The notes beneath the pieces were generated by a model. The model was not told where the DNA came from and searched no databases. It was given only the letters and a program-made list of their open reading frames with translations. A DNA stretch of 64,000 nt, taken from NCBI GenBank assembly GCA_048013815.1, contig CM106586.1, forward strand, positions 7,130,001 through 7,194,000, given 5' to 3'. The stretch is from Setoptus koraiensis. Lineage: Eukaryota; Animalia; Arthropoda. The position numbers and the translations under genes are program-made. Shown piece by piece: positions 13,069-25,967 of this stretch. Within the stretch, counting starts at the first letter, position 1. Every line of letters starts with the position of its first letter.

Positions 13069-14107
13069 TGGTTGACAAGTCTGTTAGCCTAAGCCGTTTT
13101 AGTGGTGGTGACGAAAATAATAATAAAATCTAGGATGCACAAAAAGATAGCAACACTCTTGATTACTTTGTTGACGTAATATTTCCATGGCTCTATTGAC
13201 GTACCTTTGTGCTGATTAGTGCCCTTGATGTTCAACCCTCTAGATTTTCCCTACCTTCTTCATTCGAATTGTCTTGCGAAAGAAAGTAACTTTGGAGCTA
13301 ACACTCTCGGATCCATTCTCACGCTGAGTGATAAAATTCATTTGTCGTTTGGTTCCTATGACTTGTACCTAAAGAGATTCTCGAATAGGACTTTTGGACG
13401 TTCGAAGGAAAAGTCACCCAAAGAGATCTCATCGAATGCCACTCTCACATCATGCGTGCTCTCAGGAATATTCGAGTATATTGTACATAACACATACAAT
13501 TACAGTTTAATTGATCGTCATTTTGATGTGCAGTAAATAGCGATACCATAGTCACTAGATCATTCCGCCGCCTAATGCAAATTCTTCAATTGTAGATAGA
13601 GGATAGAATTATTATTTCATGTTTGCTAACATGGAATCGAAGGCTATCCCATTTCCATCATGTGATGCCTCATTTTATTTGACAGGTAAGTAAATAATAT
13701 ATTGATACAATATTAGAACAACCTGTTGTGTCATAAACGATAGATAAACAAACTAGTATCTATATACTGTCACCAGAAAGAGTTTTTTTCCAGAGAAGGA
13801 GGAAAAAGTTTGCGTCATCATTTGCTATAATTGATAGGCAGCGTGAAAAAACTTTGTTTGCATGCATGTTTGTCTACATGTGTCCTGGGTCATTCAAACT
13901 ATCAACGTCAGAGAAACTTTCAACGAGCGAAAAACTACGCCTATCAAACAGAATATCGAAGCTTTGTTAGTTGAAATTCCACATCAACTCATAAGAGCAA
14001 ATTACAAAGGGATGAATCTCTGTTTCAGAGAAAGATTTTTATTCACAAGTCACGAGAAGAAGTATTCATAATTAGTGAAGTGCGATACAATCTAAATAGT
14101 TATAATC

Positions 14108-15008
14108 ATGATCTTTATGAAACAAATGAACCTTGTAGTGGCCACCACATCAATAATTTGCATTCTATTGAAACCCAATACCGTTCAATCAAGAGAAATA
14201 GTAAGTGTATTGCAATAAGACCTGCATGAAGTTATTAGTCAAATGTGATTAGAAAGATATATATATATATATATATAGTTATACAAACTATGAAGAAACT
14301 TAATGTATATTCTAAATGTGTCATTTTCATTTTGATGTCTTGTAATATCACTAATATGAACCTACTATTCGCATTCAGGATGCTGCACTCGTTCAACCAA
14401 TGGCCGATACACTGAAGAGTCTGATAGGTACTATTACTGTTGGCAGTAATTTGGAGATTCATACCAATGTGAATGAAATGGCAAAGGATCTAATTTCACT
14501 AGCATGGCAAACAGGATTTCCAATGAACATTCCGGCGGGAGCCTCGGAAAAAACACAAGCCTTCTATGCAAGAGTTGTAGAGAGAGCCTATGCTACACCT
14601 GTTGATGGGTTACCGAGAAAAACCTTGGATCAGTTGAGGCAAGATATGGACGCTATAATAGACAGTGTTGTAGCTGAAATCAGGGCAAGTCCCGATGGCA
14701 TTTATACCGATATGACACAGATAAAAGTTAATGGAGTTCCCATCGAGGATGCCCTAGTTAAAGTTGGCGTACAACTGCGAGCATACGGTGTTGATATTTA
14801 TAATTATAAGAACATTGCGCAAATGGTATTAGGGGTACCGGTATTACCAAATGTTGCATCTGCCATGATAGGGGCCACAAAGATGTTACCCATGACCGCA
14901 ATAACTGATAATCTTCCATCGATGCCATCAATGCAATCGGCACTGTCATTGAATTTACTAACTAGCAATTTGGCGTCTAGATTGCCTAGTGTGTCATCAA
15001 TAATCTAA
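14108..15008 (+). CDS. Uncharacterised secreted protein, ~240 aa, 2 exons
   Basis: Exon 1 14108-14200 encodes MIFMKQMNLVVATTSIICILLKPNTVQSREI and ends at GTAAGT. The acceptor TTCAG at 14378 joins in phase 0 to DAALVQP-MADTLK... (ORF 14400-15008). Confidence 0.7.
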
Positions 15009-15305
15009 CGGTCGCTGATACCGTCGCGTAGCGGTATCACAACAGATGATGAACTATAGCAACGATCATTGATAGATAGTATAAGGATAAATAATAAAAA
15101 AACAAAAAGTGACGATCATTTAATTTGTAATTGTAATTTAAGAAAAGAAAAAATATATTTATTTAGTTATAATTATTTAATCTGCTACACTCCAGTGCAT
15201 TTCGCTTATCTTGCAAAGGCTTAGTGTGCAATTTTGATAGTTCAAGCACTAATAACTTTGATTGAGGTAGGTAACGCATTAAAGTTGATGAACTATTATG
15301 GCGAA

Positions 15306-17462
15306 CTAATTGTTTATCTTGATTTCAACGAATTCATTCGGAGTGTTGCTACAATCGGACAAGTTGGAGGCCCCGATTAGGACAATTTGTTGAGATTTCT
15401 TCTTGGAGCACGGCATGGGATCCGACGCGTGGTGAATGTATCCGAGATTCTCATAAAAATGGTTACCATCTTCATCCTTGCTGGCATTATCGATGTCAAT
15501 ATGTTCTTTAGTTCTATTGCTTGTACTGTCAACGTAAAATTGTCTGTATCTCATCTGTAGTTGCTTGTGAGGATTGGCCGGCATGAAAAAAGTCGACACA
15601 AAGTCTATGAATGCACAAAATCCAATCAAATAAATCATGCCTTCCCATCCGATGAAAGTTGTGAGGTATTGCGATAACAATGCACTAGAAACAGTCGCTA
15701 TCACCGTGGACATGTAAACAAATCCAATATTTATACTGGCGTACTTATCACCAAATGAATCCTGAGCTGCAGATGGCATTAGAGCGTATTGACTTCCCAC
15801 GGCCTATTTATTTGGTTTATCAATTTTCGCATCCAGTTGAATAGATCGATCGAATGACAGTTGGTAAATATGAATAGGTGATTAATCAGGCTGCTTCAAA
15901 AGATCACACCACAGAGAATGATTAAAGCTTACCCCAACTGCCAGCACCACCCAAATGCCATAGACAATCTTGTTGAAATATTTTGTCATTGGCATGGACA
16001 TCACAAAGAACATTGTCATGCCGCTTAGCGGTATGCTCACTGCCTAGTAAAATAAATCATTGAATAAATATAATATACAAATCGCTATTATTATTCTATT
16101 AATCTAGTGCTTGTTGACACTCTACTGGTGACCACTTACTCTATAACCTAACTTGTCCTTCACGTGACCCATTGCAAGTCGACCTACGGTGTTGCTTATG
16201 GCGCAAGCGGCCCCAACAGCCGACAGGAAATAATCGTCTGGTATGAATGTCTGACCGAAGGGCTAGATTATGCAAATGCAACAATATAATGATTATTTTG
16301 GAACTAGAAAGTTTAGTCAATCGCAAACGATTGGATTATATGATTGAAGGAGATCTCACCTTGTATACAAATAATAAATAGATAAATATCAACTCAGATA
16401 TGAGCACCTTGAGAGACAGAAGCCAAAATTCAAGTGTTTTGAATGCGAACTTCGGTTCGATACTGTAATCTTGAAATTGAGTTTCTTTGTATTCTGCCGG
16501 TTCACAATTCTTAGCAGGAACAGCATCCACGTCTTTAGAAAAGTTGTCATGCGAGCTAGTTGTTGGTTTGTCTTTCTCACAGTCTTCTGACGAAGAGTTC
16601 CTCCTGGAGTCCGCTGGAAACATCAGGGCAACACCAATGCAGAATAGAGACAGTGTAATTGTCCCTTGGACTAGCGTTGATTGCTTGGTTCGGTCAAGAA
16701 CGTAATCGTCGTCGAAAAGTCTGAGTATTTTAGATGATATAATTGCATCTATTTAGCTTCTAAACTCTATCAGATTCGTCGGCCACTATGGTCGATAATG
16801 GATATAGATTATGGTGGAAGATTATGAATCGAGAAAGTTGACTCACCCCAGCTGGTTGGGTTCCACATTGTACGGATTAATTATTGCCGTTATTAATGGT
16901 GTAAAAATGGTTGGAGCCGCAGCCATCGACGCGGCCCCAATACCCGTCACTAGGCCTTTGTGTTTTGGATGCCATTCGCAAACATTCACCATGGGCGAAG
17001 TATAGCAACAGGCCAAACTGACTAGAAACGATCCACCGTAGACAATTACCACCAACAGAAACGTTGTATCTAATGCAAAATATGTTGCGAATATGCCGAG
17101 ACTGACAATGTGAAGAATTCAGAGCTGTCATTAAACGCTTAGCTATATGTTACAACTTCGGATTATTTGTCGAGGGTGCTGACTTACCTTTGCAACAGTC
17201 CACCAACTAGGCAAACTACTCGGACACCGACTTTACCTTTCATCCAACCACCTATGGGTAGGAGCAAAGCTGAAAATCCCGCTGCACTTAGAAACCAAAT
17301 TGAATCGTCTAAACTCATATCACTCTTTGATCTGTAAATTAGATAGGATGTGAGATAGACACCTGTGTTTCCTGCAGCAAAATACAGCCCCATGGCAAAG
17401 TAAACACATGATGTCCCTATAACGGTGAGATATGATTTCACTCTATCACTGATGATTAGCAT
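15306..17462 (-). CDS. MFS transporter, oxalate:formate antiporter (OFA)-like, ~540 aa
   Basis: Six exons joined in frame: 17462-17188, 17101-16847, 16720-16360, 16262-16140, 16043-15933, 15803-15306 (1623 nt). About 12 hydrophobic segments. Family-like motifs YTSPMVNVCEWHPKHKGLVTG, YKPFGQTFIPDDYFL, NTVGRLAMGHVKDKLGYR and QDSFGDKYASINIGFVY. An additional upstream exon cannot be excluded. Confidence 0.85.
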
Positions 17463-19170
17463 GATGATGTCCCCGTGTGAAGACCTCAGTGTGTCCAAGA
17501 TGTTTTTGGGATGATTGGTGTGATAAAATTCAATTGATCAATTGATAGTGATACTTCACCTAACTTCTGATCAAAACACTGGATTCGACACGGGATAAGG
17601 TGCAAAGGTCTACGTGATTATTGATTTGTGCTAAACTATTAGACTATTTTATGGGTTTATTGACTGATAATTGTTAGTTACATTCCTATATGACTTCTAA
17701 GTTGGTCAGTATGATGCGTTGTTGGTTTCGACAATAAAAATATCACAAGTGTCTCACAAATTTATGTCTTCGCATTACCATACTTTAGTTACAACTAATG
17801 ATCTTGTTTTTTTCATGTCTACAATTAATTTGATTTGTTGATGCAAATGTTTCTTCAGCGCACAACTGCGAATGATGCCCCTAAACCGTAATGATCCATC
17901 AATAATTTTCCATGTCAAATTGTTTTATTGTTTTAGCTGCACTCCACGTTTTGCTTGGTAAGTATGTTCACTTTCAATAAGGAGAACCTGTTGTTTTTCT
18001 TCGTCTGACAATAAATAATGCATATTCTATTGCTAGCTGTTGTGGATAAGAATCTTCGTTCACGATCAGGATCAAATCAAGACGCTTGTCAAACGGCTGC
18101 ATTAACTCTGGAAACTACAAACAAAACTGATTTTAACTAATTTGTTTCGCTGATACTTTGTTTGTTTGTTTCGATCTCAGAAACAATTTCCGACTAGAAT
18201 ACTAAGTGAGCCAAGTCGAATGATTCGTTGCATTAACTAGAGAGTGATGCTGAGTGATTCAATTCTTATCTTGAACAATATGTTATAACTAGGCAATATC
18301 CCAGTCTTGGTAGCGTTGAATGATACTCACACAGGTCCATTTGGTTTCGATGATGCTGTTGCCTGACACATGGCAGTTTTCAAATCTTTCATCTCAATAA
18401 ATGATGATTCCCTACCAATTAGAGAAAATTATGTCAATTAGGTTAACATTAAACGGAACTAAGTTGAACTAATTAGATCGTTGGAAGTGAGATGATTTTG
18501 TTTGTGCAAATTTGTGATCATCAGATAGTAGATAACAAGATAACACAAGAGACTTAGACCAACAGACAAAACTGGTTAAACATTCCGATTTTAATTCAAT
18601 TAAAGCCAAGCCGAGTCAAGCAATTACTAGTTGTTACTGAACATGCTTTCATGGTGTTACTACTCACACTTGTTATCTATCTGTATGTCAAACAATCTTT
18701 GCTATAATTTTCTTATTACACTTACCTGTGTCAATCAAATATCTTTAATAGGATCAATAATCTGGATGAGAGAATTTTTCACCTGTCGAAGCTAATCAAT
18801 GAGATCTTTCTATATTAAGACAAATTAATGGTGTGCGTTAAAAATTGAACTCTAATGTGACATACATCACAAGAATGAATAACTTTCGTTTGTTTGCTTG
18901 TTTTTGCTATACATCAAGCAACACCGGAAGTGTGGAATAAATATTATTATTGGAGCTTTAGGAGCCATACTGTCTGCGAGCAACACAACTATTTACCACC
19001 TCGTTCGCTTAGTTCGAGATTGCAAAAGAGATTATTCCAATGATTGGCCTGTTGATAGTCTATTTGCTGATTGCCATCCGTCATACATGTCAATGCTGTA
19101 TTTAAAACAACCAACTGTACCTATTGATAATGAGACAATATTAACAATGACTTGTGTGATATCCAAGCCC

Positions 19171-19274
19171 ACAGTTGGTTAAAGGGGACCAAATAAATCT
19201 GACAACGTAGCGATCCAGAGAAAGTGATTCATCTGAGCCCTACGTCAAAATTTAGTCCGATTCTAACCAACTGC
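19171..19274 (-). ncRNA. mir-133: microRNA mir-133 precursor (long hairpin, variant mature sequence)
   Basis: - strand 19192-19171 reads UUGGUCCCCUUUAACCAACUGU, 20/22 identical to canonical miR-133 (UUGGUCCCCUUCAACCAGCUGU) with an intact seed. The upstream 5' arm GCAGUUGGUUAGAAUCGGACUAAAU (19274-19250) pairs with it over ~22 positions. Confidence 0.85.
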
Positions 19275-22200
19275 GTATTAGACATCTCTCTTGCACGGTG
19301 CAATATTGACAGTCAATTATCTGTCTCGGATGGCATCGAGTTGAATGGGCTACAATGAAAGGGGTTTCTAACGGTGACCATGTATCACTGCAAAAAACTT
19401 GTTGCTTACTTGTTGTTTGCTAAAACGTTCTCTATGGGCGACTAATTTGATTTATATGCTATAAATGCAGTATATAGACAATATATTGTGGACTACTTAT
19501 ATGTTTATATTCTATCTACAGATTATTCACTTGGGGCAATACGTTTCCACTGCTCTATATTGACTGAATAAATGGACGACAAGATGACTGGATGATGCAA
19601 TGACTGAATGAAGTTGAGACAAGAAAAAAGTAAATAGAAATATTCTCTCTCAACAATGACTATCAACTGTAGGCAGTCAATAGATGATATATTATTAATA
19701 CATCTGAATAGTAGAGTTGCTCCCTCTTTCTCTCTATTTCTCTGAGTAAAGAGAGGGGGGTATACATAATTACAGAGCTTATTATGATAATAATAATAAC
19801 AATAATAGTGATAGAGGCGAGCTAAAGAGTTTTCTATTAGTTTTTATTAAGATAAAACAATCGGTTTTATCAGTTTGATTTTTCTCTCATTGGATAAAAC
19901 AGTGCAAACATACACACAAAAACACATCCACGAAAACAAACAGGGTTAGTAGCGGTAGTAATCACGATGGAAAATGTTCCGACTCTACAACTTCATCCTA
20001 GTGAGCTGATTTCCATCACAGTTGTATAGGTGTAGTAGAGCTACTACACTAATAAACTCAAGAGCCTCCGAGATGAAAGAGGAGTCATCAAAGGGGAAAG
20101 AATTAAAGATCACAAACATGGAATAAGAAAAAGATGATCTTGATTTTATAATTCGCATCTTGCTTAACTATCTATAACGTAGCTAGAACAGCTTGAACTA
20201 AGACTCTCATCTCAAGGATACTGCACACTTTACATATGCACATACTCTTTCCCTTGTTAGTGTGCTTATTCTTGAGGTACCTAGGTGTACAAAAACATAC
20301 AACCTCCTCTATGCCATAGTTTCCCCATGATTACTGTACTCTCTGCCTATCTATTATAATCATTTATTATTGTAACGCCGCCAAATTCTTCTGAATATCG
20401 CGCCTCTCTACACACATGTACACAGTTTAGTCCCCTTAATGTCTTGGCGCAATAGCGGAATGACATTAGCCCAATGACACAAGCTTTATATGTATTTTTG
20501 TTTAACTGTCAGCCCAAATCCTCTTCTCAGCTATATCTTTGGATTGCTCCTCCTCTGACAATTCTTGAATCACGATAATTCATTAATTCATGAAAACCTA
20601 GAATTTTCGCGCGTCTACAAAAGTTTCGCCATGCAGCAGTTAACAGGTTTACTAGGTATCTCGATACCTTCAATTAAGTATGATGAGCTTGTTGTTTAGG
20701 TTTTTAACCATTCTAATTGTATTGTACATATTCATACAAAACAATGAAAGAGTTGACATTTGGCTAAGGGTGATGAGTTGGGTGAACAACAAACAAAAAC
20801 ACAACAATTCTCTACGCCATATGAGAGATAACGACCAATATATGATGAAATGCTTTTTGTATGATGCAATACGAAGGAACAGTTCCTACAGTTTGTATTG
20901 GTAGGAAAAGTTAACTACTTTCAATATTAAAACAATATACAGCAGCATCAGACAATAATAATGAGAGCTCGGGGCATAAATGCATAAAGATGTCTGATCA
21001 GATGGTGAAATTCTTGCAGTTTGAATTTAAGAAGACGCCGTTCGTAAACTACCATACTACTTGACATTGTGTGTATGTGTGTGGCTTGGCGCTCTCTATT
21101 TGGAGATTTGCAAAATAATTATATAATAGCTTTCTCCATCGCTTCAAAACACCATTTTATGCATATGCACATTCGCATATGCTTACAAGAAGTCTGTTGT
21201 GTTGTGTTTTGCGTAGCATGGATACATGCTACAGATACATATTTCGAAGTGAGACTGGGAATATGCAGTGAATTGGCATAAGGCAAACAGACATGTTTGC
21301 GTATGTCAAGCTCTTCAAGACGATTCATACTTGGCTCATGTCAAGATAAAGCCCAAAGAGAACGAGAGAGATAATTAGTCCATGTCCTCTATAGTGCCAA
21401 GATGTTGATTGTGATGACGATGAAAAAGCCCATGTGGCGCCTAGCTCTTCCGCCTTAAAACTAAATGTAAATATATGTATGCATAATAGTAGGCGTAGCT
21501 AGACCGTATCTACTGTGTCTCTCAGAATTGGCTTAAATTTTATGATGCAGAAGAATAATGGTGATGGAAGCCAAGAATGTCTGTCATGTGGTGTTCGACT
21601 GGATGTGCACATAACGAATTTAATGTTGTTTGCTTGCTGTTGTATAGCGATAAGAGAAAGAGAGTTGTTTTGCATAGAGATAGTTCCATTTTAGGTGTAT
21701 TAAACTTTAGCGCAACTCCATTTGCTGGAGGGAGCCCTCACCTCCAGCGAACAAGCTTGCGGGCTTGCGGGCGAGCGAGCACAGCTGAACAAAAAGTTCC
21801 CAACAATTACAAATTTGGTTGTTGTTTGCAACCATCCTACTGGGCGCTGGTTGTGTTGATTTAGCTGGTTAGTAGATATAGAAAAACAAAAGATACCAAG
21901 TATTAGCGGCAGGGGCGGCGGCGACATGCGATTCTCGCTACATGTAGCTATCGGGCACACTTATGTAACTCTCGCAACACTCCTCGCGCTCTTGGATCTA
22001 GTCAACTCTTCCTGCTATAAAACCTGTCTCCCCCAGTATATTTGTCTTGTCCTCGTTTGATAGGCCTCAATTAAGGCATGCAGCTTTGTTTAATCTCTTG
22101 ACTGGGTGCACCATGTGAACCAGTTAGCGGTATGACAATGTCTATCACTCAGCTTGTCAGCTGTGCCATGTTGGCGTGGCCGGCGTCGTCAGTGTCGCCG

Positions 22201-23101
22201 ATGGTGTTGGCAGTGGCTAGGGCACATATGAGACAAGTGCTGCAGTTGTATGTTGTGAGTCAAATCTCATCGGAAGATGAATGGTCACCACACTTTGTGT
22301 GGAATAGACAAGAGAATGCATCAATAGACAGTATATTGTCCCCTAGTCGCTTTGTGTCGCTGCTCCCGAAGCACTACACTCACTGTGTGTAGGCGTTTGT
22401 GGCGTGTTGGTGCGATACCAGTTTGTATCTTTGAACTGTCTACCAGCATTGCCTATTGGCGGCCAGTCGAGAGATAAAGTAAGTTGGTCATGGATGGCAG
22501 TGGTGGCGATCTGTCTTGCAATCGTCCGTCGTCCCTTGATTCGTGTGTGCGATATGCAGCAACAGGCCCAGCCTCAGCGCATGCCGTCGCTCCGAAAATT
22601 GTTGTATATATCACTGGATATTATTGGACTGGATTGACATGATAAAATAGATTTATAAATGGTTCAAGCTAGCAGCGATTTTACGACTTGCATGCACAAG
22701 TTGATCATTTGAATATATACACATGATACGTGGTTGTTGTGTTACTTTCGCCATTGCCGCAGCGGGTAATTGGCCCGAGCGTCAGCCCCAGCCCGAAGCC
22801 CCAATTGCCGGTAACCAAAGACCCGCGCCCGAGCATTTGCCCGTTTTTACAATCGATTTGATTCGCTGCCTGTGGGCCTGAACGCTGTTACATGTGCACA
22901 CGCACTAGTCACTATAGCGCTGCTATTAGCAGTCTATCTGTTGGCACCGTGGCAAGCAGACGATAGAACATGTTGCGCGCAGATGGAGAGTGTAAGCGCG
23001 CGCTGCTGCTGCACTGACTGCGACGCTAGTGCAGTTACTGCTAGCAGCCAGTGACACTAGTTCGTTTGTGCCCATTCGGTCGCGTTGTGCGTCGGAGGTG
23101 C

Positions 23102-23399
23102 GCGCGGATATCCAACTGGATATCCGAACCGCCACCGACCCGCTCGGCACGCCCCAGTCCGAAGCGTATCCAGATCGCCAGAATGAATGGTTATCGGGTA
23201 TCCAAGAGTCTTTTTTTCCTGTGAGCCTCGAGCGTATACACCGAGTAGCGATCGCTCCGCAACACCAACACCGAGGCTGTTTTATCGCGAACCGCGCTCC
23301 CAATCCGCTCCGGATGTGGGCCGGATCGGACATGGAGCGCATTGGGCAGGGAGCGGGTCGGGCAGGGAGCGGATATCGGACGGGTATGGATATCCACGC
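23102..23399. mobile_element. ~300-bp foldback / MITE-like element with imperfect terminal inverted repeats
   Basis: Left GCGCGGATATCCA (23102-23114) vs right TGGATATCCACGC (23387-23399) is a 12/13 inverted match. Further inverted blocks GATATCCG and CCGACCCGCTC/GAGCGGGTCGG. TGC flanks both ends. No coding capacity evident. Confidence 0.45.
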
Positions 23400-25715
23400 T
23401 GCTGCGCATCGGCATGCGGCACAAATGCTGGCATAGGTGGCCGTTGTTGTGCGAGCGCGTGAGTAGTGGGCCTTTGAGCACACTCGCTGCATTTGTTAGC
23501 TCATTTGCACTGGCTGCGCGGCTTGTTAGTTCGACTGACTCAATCGGCGATCACGCGATCGAGTCGATTGATCCGGTCGATTGAGTCGATCGAATTACTT
23601 TTGTTCTCCGTTTGCCGGGCCGGGCCGAGCTCGCACTCGTCGCAGGGCGTCATCACTGTTCGAGTGTGTTTGTTTATGAACCCGCGCCACCGTCGTGTGT
23701 CAGCGTCATTCTAAGTGTGGCGTCAATAAATTCGACAACTGATACGGCAACAAGTAGTGCCGCTATTGCGCGCAACTCGTGCAAATGACGACTCCATGTG
23801 CACTCACCATTTTTATCCGATCACATTTGTCCGATTTCATCCAATTTTATAAAATTTTATCCAATTTCATCAGTGACCGAGCGACTGCCGCATTTATTCA
23901 AGATTCACCAATTTGGACACAACAAACCGGCCCCAACGTTGTCATGGTTGACGCGAATCGTGTTGCGACACACACACACACACACATTCGTCACAGCGAG
24001 CGCTGTTATGTGGCATAATGGACAGTGCAAGCGGAACAATAGAAACATAGAAATTATTCTTAATTTGGACAACAACAATCTAAACGCTAGCGCCTTGTGA
24101 GACGAATCTTCACTCACTCGAGTGTGATCGCAACTATCATGGCCAATCTAGCTAACCAAACGACGGCTTTGTGTGTCGAGTGTGTCAAGTGAGCAAGCGT
24201 GAGGACAAACTTTAATCGTGTGCATTGTTCCTCCGGCAAACAAATGATTCTCGCATCAAGAAACAACGTTCCTCTAAACAGGCATTCTTTATGCAAACAA
24301 GATCAGGGTAATTATCATCTCATTTTTGGCAACTGTAATATCAATACAAATGATAATTCCTGCTCACTCTCTCTCACTCTCTCTCTCTCTCCCTCTCCAT
24401 CTCTGACTCCCTCTTGCAGCCAGATATCGCAGATCGCACAATGGTGTGTGCCAGACGGGACAGATAGGCAGATAAAACAAAACGACGACGAAATGATTAT
24501 AAAACGCAGCAATATATAAATTAGGCAACATGCAACAGATGACGAACACACAGCCTGACATCCCTTGTGGGTGCCACATAACAGGGCCAGCGCTGTAGTC
24601 GTCTATTCCTTCCACCATGATCACTGGATCGGTAAACTCCAACGTAAGCCGAGTAGGGATATATAATCTTGAGGAATGGGAATGAGCAAAGCATGGGGAA
24701 GCGGCTCGGGGGGGGGGAGGCGCGAGACATCGGGTAAGCAACAACAAGAGAGCGATATAAATAGCAGCGACAGGCAAATATAGGATGATGTAGCAAGTGA
24801 AGTGATGCGGTACTCTCACAAAAGAACAACATCAACATCTCGTCTCATCGCTTACTCTCTTAAGTTCGAAAGTCATAGAGTCCTTCCTTTTGAGCCATCT
24901 CTGAGCTAAATTAGCACCACTAATATCAATATTTAACGCTAGTACCATCGCCACACCATACTAGACAAATGTTGAACACCACATACAAAACTAACAACTA
25001 TTATTGTAGTGAGCTATCGCCGTATGTGATATGATCCCACTCACTTTCTTCGTCCCATCATCCCACAACTTTCATTCTGTCGTCTCACAATCATCATCTT
25101 CGCCGTGATCATCTTTGTTTTTGGCTGCCCTCTCTCTCTTTCTCTTACTTACACACTCATCACAACCATATCATCAAGCGTACATGGTATTTACAGTCAT
25201 GTTGCTGGAGATAATCTGCAAAGACAACGAGGCTACTGTTGTACGCATCAAGCATCAACTACGAATCGTCGAATGATCGTCAGTTCAGTTTCATACTCTA
25301 CATTGGCATCAACGCGTAACGTTACATCACATACTACATGAATGAGGAGACTTATCTAACACCCAGAAACAGTCGCACATATTTTATCCATCACAGTCTT
25401 AGTTAGTCTATAGAAACGCCCTAAAACTCAACTTCTTCGACATAGTAAGATAGCAGCGGGCACCCATAGCGGCGTTGCTTAGTTTTCGACCGAGTGAGAC
25501 CAAACAACAAAAGTGTCATTATAACTTTAGTCGCCGATACGAGCAGACATATATTCATCTAATCATTAGTTCTGACTCAGGAAATTGATCATTTTAATAT
25601 TGGATCAACAATAACATTCGTCGAAAAAAAAAGTGATTTAATTGGACGACATCTAAACAATCAACAGTAATCACCATTCATTCTGCACATTACATGAGAT
25701 AATTTCCACATTTGA

Positions 25716-25785
25716 TTCCATGAATCTTTGCAATTCCATATGCTTTTAAGTGATGATATTATGGAATGTAAAGAAGTATGGAGTG
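25716..25785 (+). ncRNA. mir-1: microRNA mir-1 precursor, copy 1
   Basis: Mature TGGAATGTAAAGAAGTATGGAG at 25762-25783 is identical to protostome miR-1-3p. The 5' arm CCATGAATCTTTGCAATTCCATA pairs with it. Confidence 0.95.
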
Positions 25786-25828
25786 AGAGAGGAAAAACGA
25801 CTACGCGCTTCTATCATATCCATATCTG

Positions 25829-25895
25829 ATTCCATAATTCTTTGCACTTCCATATGGGACAAATTCTATCTATGGAATGTAAAGAAGTATGGAGT
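25829..25895 (+). ncRNA. mir-1: microRNA mir-1 precursor, copy 2
   Basis: Mature TGGAATGTAAAGAAGTATGGAG at 25873-25894; 5' arm CCATAATTCTTTGCACTTCCATA. Confidence 0.95.
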
Positions 25896-25967
25896 AAGGT
25901 AGGATTTACCGTCGACTGATCAATCTGCATCAACAATTATAATTATCATAATAAATATCTTAATTCA

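Noticed and set aside
13219-13536. 105-aa ORF between the two secreted orphans
   Set aside because: GTG start, no signal or domain, and composition resembles intergenic DNA.
19171-19192. Near-perfect miR-133 target site on the + strand
   Set aside because: Better explained as the antisense of the mir-133 gene itself, since a compensated 5' arm exists on the - strand.
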